From positions 68,388,001 to 68,452,000 of the forward strand of contig OZ076409.1 of NCBI GenBank assembly GCA_964187785.1: DNA of 64,000 nucleotides. Direction: 5' to 3'. Of the stretch, positions 23,161 to 35,800 are shown one piece after another (position 1 is the stretch's first letter; the number at the start of each line of letters is the position of its first letter). The position numbers were made by a program, and so were the translations under genes. The notes beneath the pieces are model-generated. The model saw only the letters and a program-made list of their open reading frames with translations, had not been told where the DNA came from and did no database searches. Origin of the DNA: Amphiscolops sp. MND2022. Its lineage: Eukaryota.

Positions 23161-23765
23161 ACAAGACGGGAACGTCTAAAGTCGGCGCTATATCTAAGGC
23201 TCAAAAAGCGCAGAGTTTTCTAAATATGCCCAGGATGTATTCATGAAAAGCTTTGAAAACACTTTCGAGACACCCAAAGTGTGCCTTTCATGCTTGATAT
23301 GACTGGAAAATCACTTTTCCCGACTGGAAACAAAAAAATTAAAAATTTTTTTCGAAAAAAACTTCGAAAACGTCACATAGTGCCGAAAAATGAAAAAGGG
23401 GGACCCTTTGGGATTCATTAACATACTTTCTGTTGCAAAATATCAAAAAATCCGAAGGGGGGACCCTTTTGAGACATTAAAAATTTTCGAAAAAAAAATT
23501 CGCACAGTGCCGAAAAAAATTGAAAGGGGGACCCTTTGGAGTCTTCCGGTTTTGTAGGTTACGTAAAAAAGGTAAAAAACGAAAGGGCGGACCCTTTCCA
23601 GTAAGTTTGCATTGGTCGAACTTGGCCTGCGTGAACTTATCAGTTTCTGTAGAAAGTGGTACATACGCGATGAGCTCTATGGTCTGACGAAAAAAAAAGA
23701 AAAAAAAACTAGCCACTGTAATAGTCGGGCTTTTTTCCTTAAAGGAAAATGCGCCGACTAAAAAC
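23161..23765 (-). mobile_element. HINE family A copy
   Basis: ACAAGACGGGAACGTCTAAAGTCGGCGC ... AGTCGGGC..GCGCCGACTAAAAA. Confidence 0.8.
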
Positions 23766-23988
23766 ACTTGTGGAAAGGTTTTGAACTATCTAGAGCAAGG
23801 TTTTAAAATACAGTTGAATCCGCTAAGGACCGAATTAGTACAAATAATCAGAAATACGAATTAACACGATGATATTGCTTCGGTCGTCTCAGATAAAAGC
23901 GAATTGAACGGAGATCCGAATTATCCGGAGTTGACGGTTGATAACAGCTGAGAAAGTTTTAGAAACCACAAAAAATGTCTTGGGGTAC

Positions 23989-24734
23989 TGTAACGACACC
24001 CTCTGATACAACAAACTCAGTCAATTTCGGAACTGTGACATGTCAAGAAAGTTCATGAAAAAATCTAATTCGACGTGTGACGTGGCACTAGGCATGTGAT
24101 TGATCTTTTCACTGTTTCCGCCATTTTCAATGCAAAAACGAGGACGAGAGCAGACAGAGCGAGAACACAGAGAACGAGATGACCTGAGAGCCCATAGAGA
24201 CTGTGAAAACTACGGGAAAGATTTTTTTGGTGCTAACTCCCAGGTTTTTATCGATTTTCAGAATTAGGCTACCCTATGCAGCAGAAACCGGAAAATGAGT
24301 ATTTTCTAAAGATCCTTGTTTGGTACTTGGAGCCCATGCGCCCCAACTTGTAGCTGTGTGGTTTGCCAGATTTAGGTGTGCTTTGATGTGTTTTCACTGT
24401 TTTTAGCTATACTTGGTAGCCCGGGAACTTTTGGCAATTTTAGATGTTAATCCCATGTCACCCTTGAACTGGAAATTAACCTTATTCTTGGCATTGCTTT
24501 CCTGTGCTAGTTAAGCGGTAGTCTTTAGAGAGTCAGGAAGATGCACGTTACTATTAGCAATCAAAAACTAGGACCGGTTGCACATTATTTGTCGAAGCAC
24601 CCGAGACGTATTTCATCCCGGGAGGCAAAATGGATCTGTGGCTATGGGTGCATGTCCCGAGCGATACTACCAGTTCTACAGGTTCCTCCATCTCTGCTAA
24701 CGCGTTAAGCGACCGATAACAGCTTGCTGTTACA
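23989..24734 (+). mobile_element. Solo-LTR-like element, family X (TGTAAC...GTTACA)
   Basis: Homologous along its length to the reverse complement of 58728-59453; flanks TAC/TAC. Confidence 0.65.
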
Positions 24735-24772
24735 TACAATTGCTTCTGAAATGATAAACAATCCTTTGCTTA

Positions 24773-25338
24773 CCCAGCGTTCGACATCTTGAATATCTTG
24801 CCAAGATCTTGCCAAGATCTTGCCAAGATCTTGCAAGTTCTGGGATGATCTTCGAAGAAATCCGAGATAGAATCCAAGATCTTGTCAAGATATTCAAGAT
24901 GAAATGCAAGATCTTGTCAAGATATCCAATATGAAATCGAAGATCTTACCAAAAAATTCAATATAGATTCCAAGAATTTATTTGTCGAACATGTAGTTCT
25001 TCTGCAAGCAACGCTTCCAGAAACTGAACAATATCCTTATTCTGAGGTGGGGGCTCTCTGCTGATGTGTAGTTATATAACACAGGTGACAGGACAAGATA
25101 TTCAAAATGTCAATACAAAATTCAAGATCTTGTCAAGATGTTCAAGATCTCAAGACAAAGTCCAAGATCTTGCCAAGATTTTCAAGATCCAAGATCTTGT
25201 CAAGATATCCAATATGAAATCCAAGTTTTTACCAAGAAATTAAAGATGTCAAAACAAAACCTAAGATTTTCCAAGATATTCAAGAATTCAAGATTTTTCA
25301 AAGATCTTGGCAAGATATCCAAGATATCGAACGCTGGG
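24773..25338. mobile_element. MITE with ~40-bp TIRs, TA flanks and internal CAAGATCTT-type repeats
   Basis: TA|CCCAGCGTTCGACATCTTGAATATCTTGCCAAGATCTT ... AAGATCTTGGCAAGATATCCAAGATATCGAACGCTGGG|TA. Confidence 0.88.
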
Positions 25339-26721
25339 TAATATTAACGGTTTAACCACAGGAAGCAGAACTAACCTGTTGAACGGTTAATCGAACCCAA
25401 GTTAGACCATTAAGGTTCTTTGAGAATTTAAAAAACAAGAATTAGAGACAATAGCAGTAGTACCAATATTGATCGAAATCTCGGAAATGGCTCCATTTGA
25501 CCTTGATGATGTAAACCAAGGTCGCTAAGATTCAATCAAACGACCCCAAATTTAGATCGTATGGTCAACTTATGGCTCTTTTGTGTCCCTGATCTAATTT
25601 TTTTCAAAATCTGAACTGGCCTTTGTAATAAGGAAATCTTTTTCCATTACCGAAAGTTGACTTCAATTGAAATTTTGACAAAAACTTTTTTACGCAATTT
25701 GGCGATGATCTTGCTTGAAGTAACTAATTTAGGTGACTTGAAAACCAAAGCTGTTGATTTCCTAATCAGGCCAATTGGCGAACCGCTTGTATTCCCAAAC
25801 GTTTTTGATGTTTTGAGACATTTTTGAGACATTTGAGACATTTTGGTGTCAAATTTTTGCGACATTTTTGATGTCGAATAGGCAAATTTCATCATTGCAT
25901 TTTGTTATTCCAAAATCATGAGTTCTGTGAGTGAGTTTACAATAGTTTGCTGATTGCATAATTTCGCGTGACTCATTCAAACGTGGCTTAATGGCTCGAC
26001 TTGTAAACACTGAATATTACCTTCATCCTAAAGAGCTGCTACTCCGGGTTGGTAAAGATCGGTTGTACATTTACCCACTCTGCGTTAGTTAATTTGTTTT
26101 TTTTCTGTATTCTGCAGTCTTTCATAAATATTGAAATCTCGGCTCTTTTCATTCCCTCTACTTTAAAACGAAGTTTTAGCATGTCGGATTGAACTTGAAC
26201 TCTGAATACAAGTTAAAACATCTACACTAGTGTTTCAAAAGCTGAAGATACTCGAATTCGCTAGCGAAAAATTTACAAGCGCAATAAGTTTTCCAAAATA
26301 TCCAGGCCCAAAAAGTGCAAATAACGTATGCGCAATAAGTTTCATAGGCAAGACTCTTTCGGGTTTTGATCAGAAATACAACTGTACTTTGTTTTGAAAT
26401 TGGAGAAAAATAAAAATATATTTCACTTGGCTTGTTTTCTTTCTGGTATTTTCCGAAATTTATCATTCGTTATCTGGCAAACCGCTGGTCATAAAGAAAA
26501 GCTCCAGCGAAGATTTTGATCCTTTGGGCAACGAAGAGAACGTGGGCACCATACAAAGAATGAAAGTGCAAATTAGAACTATTGGAACCTCGAGAATAAA
26601 GTAACATTTTCTTCCACACCTTTCAAACGTTTCAAAAATTTTCTATTGTTAGGACTCAAAAATGTCAAAATGTTGAAGATATGTGCGGGAAAAAGGAAAA
26701 AATCACTTTTCAATGCTTTAG

Positions 26722-26849
26722 GGTGAATTTGTTGACGCTACTATCCAAACAGATGATGGGACTCAATTCACAGTGCATCGTTTTTTCATGGCGTCTTGCA
26801 GTCCAGTTCTCAGCCAGCTTTTCTCCAGAAGGGAAACATCCACTTACAG
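26722..26849 (+). CDS. Kelch-like gene exon, BTB N-half
   Basis: tttag|GEFVDATIQTDDGTQFTVHRFFMASCSPVLSQLF...|gtaaca. Confidence 0.85.
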
Positions 26850-29800
26850 GTAACACTTTTTTCAGAGAAACCTTCAGAAAATTTTGTTTTGCTGTTTAAG
26901 CAATGAACCGAGTTTAGAAGAATTAGTTTGGTTTGCTCATTATTTGGGTATAAAATGTAGAACAACAAACGCATGAAAAGACGAAAGTTTTATGCAAACA
27001 TCCAATAAGTTCTTTGCATGAGAAATTCTAGTTCGCGCACTTGAGAACAGATTTGCAACATGGTGCAGAGACCTTCGTTGTCCACTTTGTCCTCTTGTCA
27101 TGATCTTGCCCCTTTCATGCTCCTGGTGTGGTATAGCCAACATAGTTAGATGGCTAGACGGTAATGAAAGTGAACTACGTGCCAAAAACGGTGACCTAAA
27201 ACATCCTCATTACACTATGATGCTACCATTGATTTCAGTTAGGTTGATGCACTGATGATACACGTTGATTTTACTCAATTCTTAATCTGAAGAAGTCTTA
27301 GAAATTTCTCTTTTCTATCAGTCTATTACATGGCGCAGTCAGCATAAAACACAAGAAGACATGGATTCTACGATTGAACCCAATGTACCCGATCAGACAG
27401 CTACAAATCAAACTACAGTCATAGAGAGAATGAAGAAAAACAAATACAAAATACCGATCCCCTCGCACTGAGAAACGGACTTGACCAAAATAAACCCGAG
27501 GATGTGGTGGGAGCAAATTTTAGAGTACATCGACCTCACATACCGGATAAACCTAGATGAATTGATCAAGGGTGATGTCATTTGGGCACAGGGCACACGA
27601 ATTATTGAGAGGCCAATGGGGAAAAAACAGAAAGATAACAGTCTACAGGAACTGTTAAAATTATTCAAAAAGACATTCCAACCCACAAGAAACGTATTTC
27701 ACAGTAGAGCCCAGTTCTTCAATATCAGACAAAAAGATAACGACACATTAGACGAGTATTGGAAAAGATTTGTGAATATTGAAAGAAAATGCGAATTCAA
27801 CAGAATTACACTTGAAGATACTATTACCTACAAATTCGCAGCAACCATAAATGACCGGAAAGCGCGGGACAAATTCATCAAGGGGTCATTTAAATTACAA
27901 TTTCTACTTGAAACTATCGAATTAGACAACTACAACCGTAAGTACGGAGATTAAAAGTCCAAGCAAAAGAAACAGCGAAGACCGTCGTCAGACAGCTTAT
28001 CAGACGGAGAACAAGTTGCTTAAACCAAGCAGATACGGAAAAGACAACTAATGACAGGGATAAAAAGAAACAAGCTTAGCACGCTATATCCGAATTTTTG
28101 ACGTTTTATCCGAAGTAAAGATGCGTTTCACTAAAGAGGAGGTAGAGGTTCGAGAACATTGCGTTATATCTGAATTTTTGATATTATATGCGTACTATAC
28201 TATAAACGTTAATGACGTTGTTAACGTCATTTATGTTATAAATGTCATTATTGATGGAAAACAATTTTGGAAGCCAATTATTTGTTAAGAGCTCTCACAG
28301 AAAAAGCAAGTATTTCGTCCAATCGGTGAGCATCCAGGGTGAAGCTGGTTGATAACTGCTCGGAAATGGTCGTTTTCAAGACAACAAAATTAAATGTTGC
28401 ATGCGAAAAAGAATAGGCCCACAAAATCATCAAACCTGGTCTTGTCTTCGGATGTGGTTTTGACAGTAACACCTTCAATTTTCGGCTGTTTTGCCCCACT
28501 GGGTCCAGCAACTTCTGTGATTTCACTATTGCCATTCGCTACGGACGGGCGGTCCGAAGTATGTTTTTAGAAATGTTTTTTCAAGCGCTGTGGTACACCA
28601 GCAAACTCTCAAACACAATGTCTGCTCTTTCTTTATTGTCAGTTAACCTGTCGAATTCTCCCCATATGGGATTTAACTTTTCGACCAGCCGTTAGAATCT
28701 GAAAATGCCTAAATGACTTTGTGAAAAATGACAATTAAAAAGTCATTTTTTTATTTCTCCAAAAAAAGGGAGCATAGTGTAGTGGTTAGAGCGTTCGTCC
28801 TGTACTGGGGCGGTATCAGGTTCGAATCTCTCTCAAATCACCATTGTTGTGCCTCAAGCAAGTCTTTCATTCCTAGCTTAGTGTTATGGCCAGTGACAAA
28901 AAATAACGCATTTAGCGGGAAAAGCAAAATAAAAAGAGTAACGATGAGCAGTCAGACCTTTGAGACCTTGAGCAAGTCACTTTGAAACCACAGCGCCGAC
29001 TTATTAGGCGTCCACCCGCGGAATTGGGGAAATAAACACGAATAAATGACGTCATTAATGACACGTCATAAATGTACGCTGTTATTTTTGGTCCAACACT
29101 GTAACTATATTACCTTTTACTGAGGAGGTGGAGGAGGAGGATGCGTAGGTTCAAAAAAGTGTTGCCAAATCTCAGCACGCTTTATCCGAACTTTTGAGGC
29201 GTTTTGCGAGCACAAAAGTCCCCTTTGAGCGTTTCGACACTTTTATGGTTTTTCATAAGAAAGTCCTGAGCATATTTTACAAGTTGTGGTAACTTACCAC
29301 AAATAATGGTTCATATACGTTTTAAAGTATTCGAGGAAGTTCTTGCCCCCTATTTGAGGCGAAAACTCAAAAAAAAACTAAATAGCGTACATTTTTGGCC
29401 GTTCTTTCCATTTCTGCTGAATGAGTTAACGCAGGGTCCGACTCTGTATGTTGATCGCACAGCGACAACCCATATCATGCGACAACTCATATCAGGCGAC
29501 AACTCATATCATATATTGAAATCGAATGAGGTGCTAACTGATGCTAACTTGCAATCAATTAACTCATCGCTCAAAGAGCGTCTTGGTCAATTTGATCACC
29601 CATTAGTGACTAATAACATTATTACACCAAATGAACGTTGAATTAACTAACCTGTATCAAAATCCGGAAGTTTTGCGTTGCTAGAAAGGTCTAGCGAACA
29701 TTTTTGAATTTCAAACTACTTTTGATCTTTTTAATTTCTAAATTAGGTATTGTTTGTGTTTCATTTCAATATGGATCTGAGTTGTCGCTTGATATGAGTT

Positions 29801-32800
29801 GTCGCCTTCTCGATTTGATATGAGTTGTCGCTTGATATGAGTTGTTGCTTGATCTGAGTTTTGTCATTTTCGGTGTCAATTTAAGACATTTACGTTCAGA
29901 ACATTGCAATTATCTCTTCATAAAAGACTCCTGGACAACCAATTTTTTCCTTTAAATTATTCCAATCCACGAAGTCTGCCGCAACTTTAACAAAAATGCA
30001 TAAAAACTTTGAAAGGTGGAAAATTTTCGGTTTTTGTCATGATGGTGTCAATTTGGAACATTTTCATTTAAAAAATGCAATAAACTTTTCGGAAAAGACC
30101 ACTGGACAACCAACCGTTTACTTTCTGACCCTTTTAAACATTCTAATCCACAAAGTCTATCAAAAATTTGACAAAAATTGCATAAAAACGTTAAAAATCG
30201 GGAAATTTTGGAATTTTAGTCATCGTTGGGGTAACTTTTCTTTTTAAAAACCGCATTTATATCCTCATTGAATACTATTGGAGAACGAATTCGTGCCTTG
30301 TTGAACGTTTTCAACATTCTAATACACGATGTTTATCGAAAAAAGGACAAAAATTGCATAAAAACGTTGAAAATTGTGAAATTTTTAACTCTTTGTCATT
30401 TTCGGGGTCATTTTGGGTCATTATGGGGTCATTTTTGTCATTCCCAAAAATGTCCAAAAATCTCTACAAATACATATCGTACGAAGCTAAATTTACGTGA
30501 GTTGAATTCTATGGGTAACGCCTTTTAAGATGAACATAAGTTTCGTGCGTGGCAAATTTTGTAAAAAAAACCGTTTGATTTAAATATTCTCCTTTCCCAT
30601 ATGAAAGATGGGCGGAGAATAACAATCGTTTTTCAAAAAAGTTTCTGACTTGTGGAATCCACTATCTAACGAAATCAAGAAAAATTGACTACAAAAATGG
30701 GAATTAAAATATTCGTTCAAATATTGGAATGCGAGGTTAAATTGAAATTCTCCGACCTATAAAGAAGAAAAGTGCTGGCTTGAGTTCAGATTCACTTAAC
30801 AAAAAGTGTGATAGTATTCGTATAATTTGTCACATTTTTAGTCGGCGTTTTCGAACTTAGGCCGTTCCCGGCTTGTTATCTTTTCAACTTTCAAATTACT
30901 AAAATTATATACCCACACCAATATTACTTACTTACTTACTTACTTGCTTACTTGAACGTCATTTTTTAAACGTCATTTTTGTTTTTACTTTTCGATTGAC
31001 CTTCATCTATTTTCTATTCTGACCAAAGTTGCCTTACATTGTGTAAAAGCGTTAAATTAGGGCTAAAAACGATTCACAATACCTTTCGTGTTTTCAGTCG
31101 TTGCGGAAATTGCCAATAGCGTTTTATCTTTGAAATTTGAGAAGAAAAGTCTAAGAAAAATTCAAAGCTTGTTTTTTTTTGTATTTTTGACCTTTAAAAA
31201 CACAGGGCCGACTTGTTATGTTTCACCATAACTTTTTTCTCAGAGTCACAGGGGTGGATAGCAAAATGATGAAAATCATAATTGACGAGATCTATGGAGA
31301 AGTGTACCATCTCAGTGATGTCACGGAAGCTCTGAGTTTGTTAGAAGCCTCCAAGAGACTGCAAGTGGACGAAATTACAGTGAAGTGCATCAACCACATT
31401 GTCAATGTTAGTCTGCGCTTGCTGGAGTGGATAATTTTTTTAAATTTTAGGAATCAATGGAGTGGGAAAAAAGAGCAGTTGAAGTTGGTTAGATTTTGAA
31501 TCTTCACAGGTTTAAAAATATTACTTTTGAGAGTCCGCCAATATCTCCAGGACAGGAACCCATTGATAGGAGAGCTATTCCTGTGATTCGTATCTCCGAA
31601 GGTTCTTTAACCTTTTTTCGTAGCTAATTCAGTTTTTTACGGGTTTTGAATTACGTAAAAGAGGCTAGCCTTACGTAAAAGAGGCTAGCAAAAAGAACGA
31701 GTTAGTTTACAAGAAACTCCGTAACTCGGTCACCAGTGAAATTCGGAAAGCTAAACGATCCTATTATGACAGAAAAATCAAAAACGTGTGCAATTCAAAA
31801 GAATTATTCAACTGTTTTAACCATTTTTGTGGGAAAGAAACCAAGAAACAAAGAGAAGTAGACGTTGAGAAATTTAATGATTTTTTTGTAAGTATTGGAA
31901 AAAAACTTGCAAATGAGTGTAGTGAATCCTTACCCAATGTTGACTTCGACTCGGACGGACCTGTTCAAACTTTCGCTCTCTTCGAGACAGATGCATCTGA
32001 AGTTTACAGTATAATCAAACACCTAAAGAACAAAATTTCTTCTGGTCATGATGGCATCTCTAATAAACTTTTGAGGCTTGCGGCATCTTCAATTAGTCAA
32101 TTTTTAGCCAATATTTTCAAAGAGTGTAAAAAAGATTCAAAGTTTCCTAAGTCTATGAAAATTGCGAAAGTTCTTCCGCTTTTAAAGAATGGTGATTTTT
32201 CCCTACCGGATAATTATCGCCCTATTAGTCTTTTGACTTCGCTGAGCAAAATTTTTGAAAAACTCATTCACAAACGTATAACAAAATTTTTGGCGAAGCA
32301 TAAACTACTAACTCCCAAACAATTCGGTATTAGAGAAAATTTTTCTTGTGCACATGCAATTGCAGAAATCACTGAATTTTCGAGAAAAACAATTGACAAA
32401 AAACACTATGGCTTGGCAGCTTTCATTGATTTAAAAAAAGCCTTTGATACCGTTGATCACAATCTTCTTATTAAAAAACTAAATAGCTTTGGACTACGCG
32501 GTCAAATTGAAAATTTGCTCAGAGATTACTTATCTGATAGAGAACAATTCGTATTTTCGGGTAATCAAAAGTCTTCATCGAGGAGCATTGATTGTGGAGT
32601 TCCACAAGGTTCAATCTTGGGCCCACTCTTGTTTTTGATATACATAAATGATTTGCCTGAAACATGTAAGAATTCAAACATGGTTCTTTTTGCTGATGAT
32701 ACCGCAATTGTAACTTCTAAAAGCTGTAGAAATGTAACAAAAGATGTAGAATTGGATCTAGAAAGCATGAATCAATGGTTTTCGGTTAACAAAATGACTG

Positions 32801-35800
32801 TCAACGTATCTAAGTGTACAATTTTACCCTTTGGAAAAACAATAACCGCAACGGAAATTGACGAACTTGAGGGTTTAGCAGGCGAAATAGACATTGTAGA
32901 TAATTTCAAGTACCTAGGCGTTAGTATCGACAAAAGATTGAATTTTCATAGCCATATAGCGAGTATCCAGAAAAGATTAGCTAAATTTAATGGTTTGGTC
33001 TACAAGGCACGTTATTGTTTTTCCCGGAAAGCTCTCTTAAGGTTTTATCAAGCATATGCAAAACCAATTATACTGTACGGTTTGCTCATATACGGCGGTA
33101 CAAGACATTCAGTGCTGAATGAGATTCTATTAATGCAAAAACGAATTATACGAACAATTTTCTTCAGAAAACGTAGCGATACAGTTTCTGACTTGTTTAT
33201 GAAGCATAAAATAAAAACAGTTTTTGAACTTTACATTGAAGAATTATTCAAAGAGACTCTATTTCAAATTTATGGTTTTTCGACAATTAGATCATTGGAT
33301 CTTCAAAATCAAGCTTTCCTACGGACAACTCGATCTCAAATTGCTGGACTAATTCGACCCCATTTTTCTCGAACTGTTACAGCCAAAAACTCATTAGCCG
33401 GGAGAGTTACAAAATGTTACAACTTTTTAATGAAAAACGGTCTATTGCCTAGTTTCGGAAACAATATTGACAAAATAATGTTAAAAAAGTTCATAATGAA
33501 TTTCAAAGAACTGTACATCCTTGACAGTGAAACAACTTTTAACCTCATTTTTGGTTAAAGTTCCAGAATTCCTAGTATATTCCTTTATTGGAGCTGACAA
33601 CTCTTCTTTTGTTTTTGGGGGCGTATACCCTAGAGCTGTAAAGCTCCTTTCTGTGTCGCGGTCAGATATGTGTTCCTCATATGAATAAATATAAATTGTT
33701 TTGTGTTTTTAGTTCATACCATATTTATCTGACCAAATCAATTCAAATATTCAAATATTCAAATTCATGCAAAAAGCAGTACGGACATGCACAGGAACAC
33801 TTATCTGGTAAAAATAAATTTGGAACGCATAGTGATTTTAAAATTTTCTCAAAATTTTTTCTTAAGTATGATGGGGACAAAAGTTTTTCGGATTTTAATC
33901 TAGTGTACATTCCTAAGACCAATTGGTGAATAATACAATTTACATGTAACATAATAGAAATCCATTTTCAGAATCTCTAAATTATGAACAGAAGCTGGTT
34001 ATTTTTCACATTTTCACATCGCAACAAAAAGTGCCTGACTTTTACCAAAGCAAGTTTTTTTTGTTTTTTGTAAAACCCCAGACCGCACACTGAATGGTCC
34101 ATTCTTTGCAGACTTTTCACGAGTAGATTCTTAAGGGTACCTAAAAAAACACAAAATGTATCCAAAGAATCCGAATATTATTCTTTGAATATTTTATAGT
34201 TTTACTAGGGTTACCTTAGGGTCTTTTTGGCAATGTTTGACTTTTGTCGAAGATGTTTTCTCGAAAAATGTTTTTTCCCATAATCTTATGGTATTTTCAG
34301 TTTTAAAAAAAGATTTTCTGTGCACGAACGGCTTCCTTTGGGGATTTTTATATATTTTACAGCACTCCTATATTTTATATTTTATACAGCACTTCTATAT
34401 TTAAAAGATTTCACTCAAAAACGCCCTGAGCATTTAAAAAACTTTGGTTTTTTGAGCCTCAAGCGGGGCGGCGACTTTCCCTTCTTGTTCTCTTTGTAGA
34501 ATATGCAGTCAGCAGATGATTGCTTGAATGCGTGGAAGGCCATGAAGTCTCTGGAGCAGTCTCTTGAGCCGGAAATTTCCCGTATTGATGACGTCACACT
34601 GATCATAATGAAGGTGAGACGAGTGAGGGACGAGGCCTGGAGGCGCATCACCCACAACATCTCCCTTGTGAGCACCCAGTCTTTGGAGTTCCTCAAGCTC
34701 AGGGTAGAACACCTGTATCACATCTTGCAAGACGTTAGTCCCAACATGTCCTAATTCCAACCGGTTTCCTTACTTCGCGTGATTTTTGTCGAAAAATTTT
34801 TATATTTCCAAAAAGGTCCCCTTCAGTTATTGATACTTTCAGTTTTTTCAAGGTCTAAGGTATTGATAATTTTACAAAGGGGATTCCTGTACGCATTGAC
34901 GTACTTTAGCGCTTTTTAAGCCTTGAGCAGGCCACCAACTTATGCCGTTCCCGTTTTTGCTACTATTTATGCCTGTCGATGCAAGTTTTCTCAACCTCAA
35001 TAGTCACAAAATTTTTCCACAAAACCGATCGAGAAATTGTTAAGCAACTGATAAAAATTAATCCTTCCTATCAAGTTTGTTTTTCTACGGCAAATTCGGA
35101 ATATGTTTTTAGGCGAGCGTAGCGTGAGCGGAGCAGCGAAGCCTTTTGCCACAATTTGCACTGAAATTTGAACGATCGGACTGTTTTTTTACCCGTTTGT
35201 AAGTGTGACATCCCTGTTTTATGGCTATGCTGTCACTTCAGATGAAGATTCAAAACTGAGGAGCTGTTTACACTGTATTGTATAAAGACCATGTGACAAA
35301 TGGCCGTTTGCTCGTTTTCGTTTGATACACTTTATTTGCAAACAACGTATTAGTGAATGTTTGTAACGACCGGCTAGCGACGCACATCTAGGAAGAGGGA
35401 CAATGCCTAGGGTGCTTAAACAGGAGACCGTTGTCTTACTACATCCCTAGGCACTAGTTTTTGATCCCAAAATGGTCTCCAAGGGGGACGTTTCTATCGT
35501 CCAAGGCGGCTTCTCTAGTTAGAGCTCTGAGGCGACGTACCGGCACTTTCAAAGTCCGGACACGCCCCACAAGCCTGTAAAAACGAATCCCAGGTTCCTA
35601 ACATACAATCCTGCCACCTCCTACAAACTTCCGAGGTCCAAAAAGGTGTCTAACTGAAATACATTGTATTTGGGGAATAAGTTCTAAAATACAGATCTAG
35701 TAGATCAAACATTATCCAAATACTCCGTAAACGGTAAGAAAGCACGGGGATAAGCCCCAATAACATTAGTTTAGGGTCGGTTGTCACTCTGGCCTCTGGC

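Noticed and set aside
23810..23938. Tigger/pogo-like MITE remnant (CAGTTGAATCCG...CGGAGTTGACGG)
   Set aside because: The TIR match is too degenerate and the right TA flank is absent.
24790..25330. CRISPR-like repeat array
   Set aside because: No unique spacers, eukaryotic context, and fully explained as a MITE.
28767..28835. Functional tRNA gene
   Set aside because: A and B boxes are present but the acceptor and anticodon stems do not pair, and a SINE body follows.
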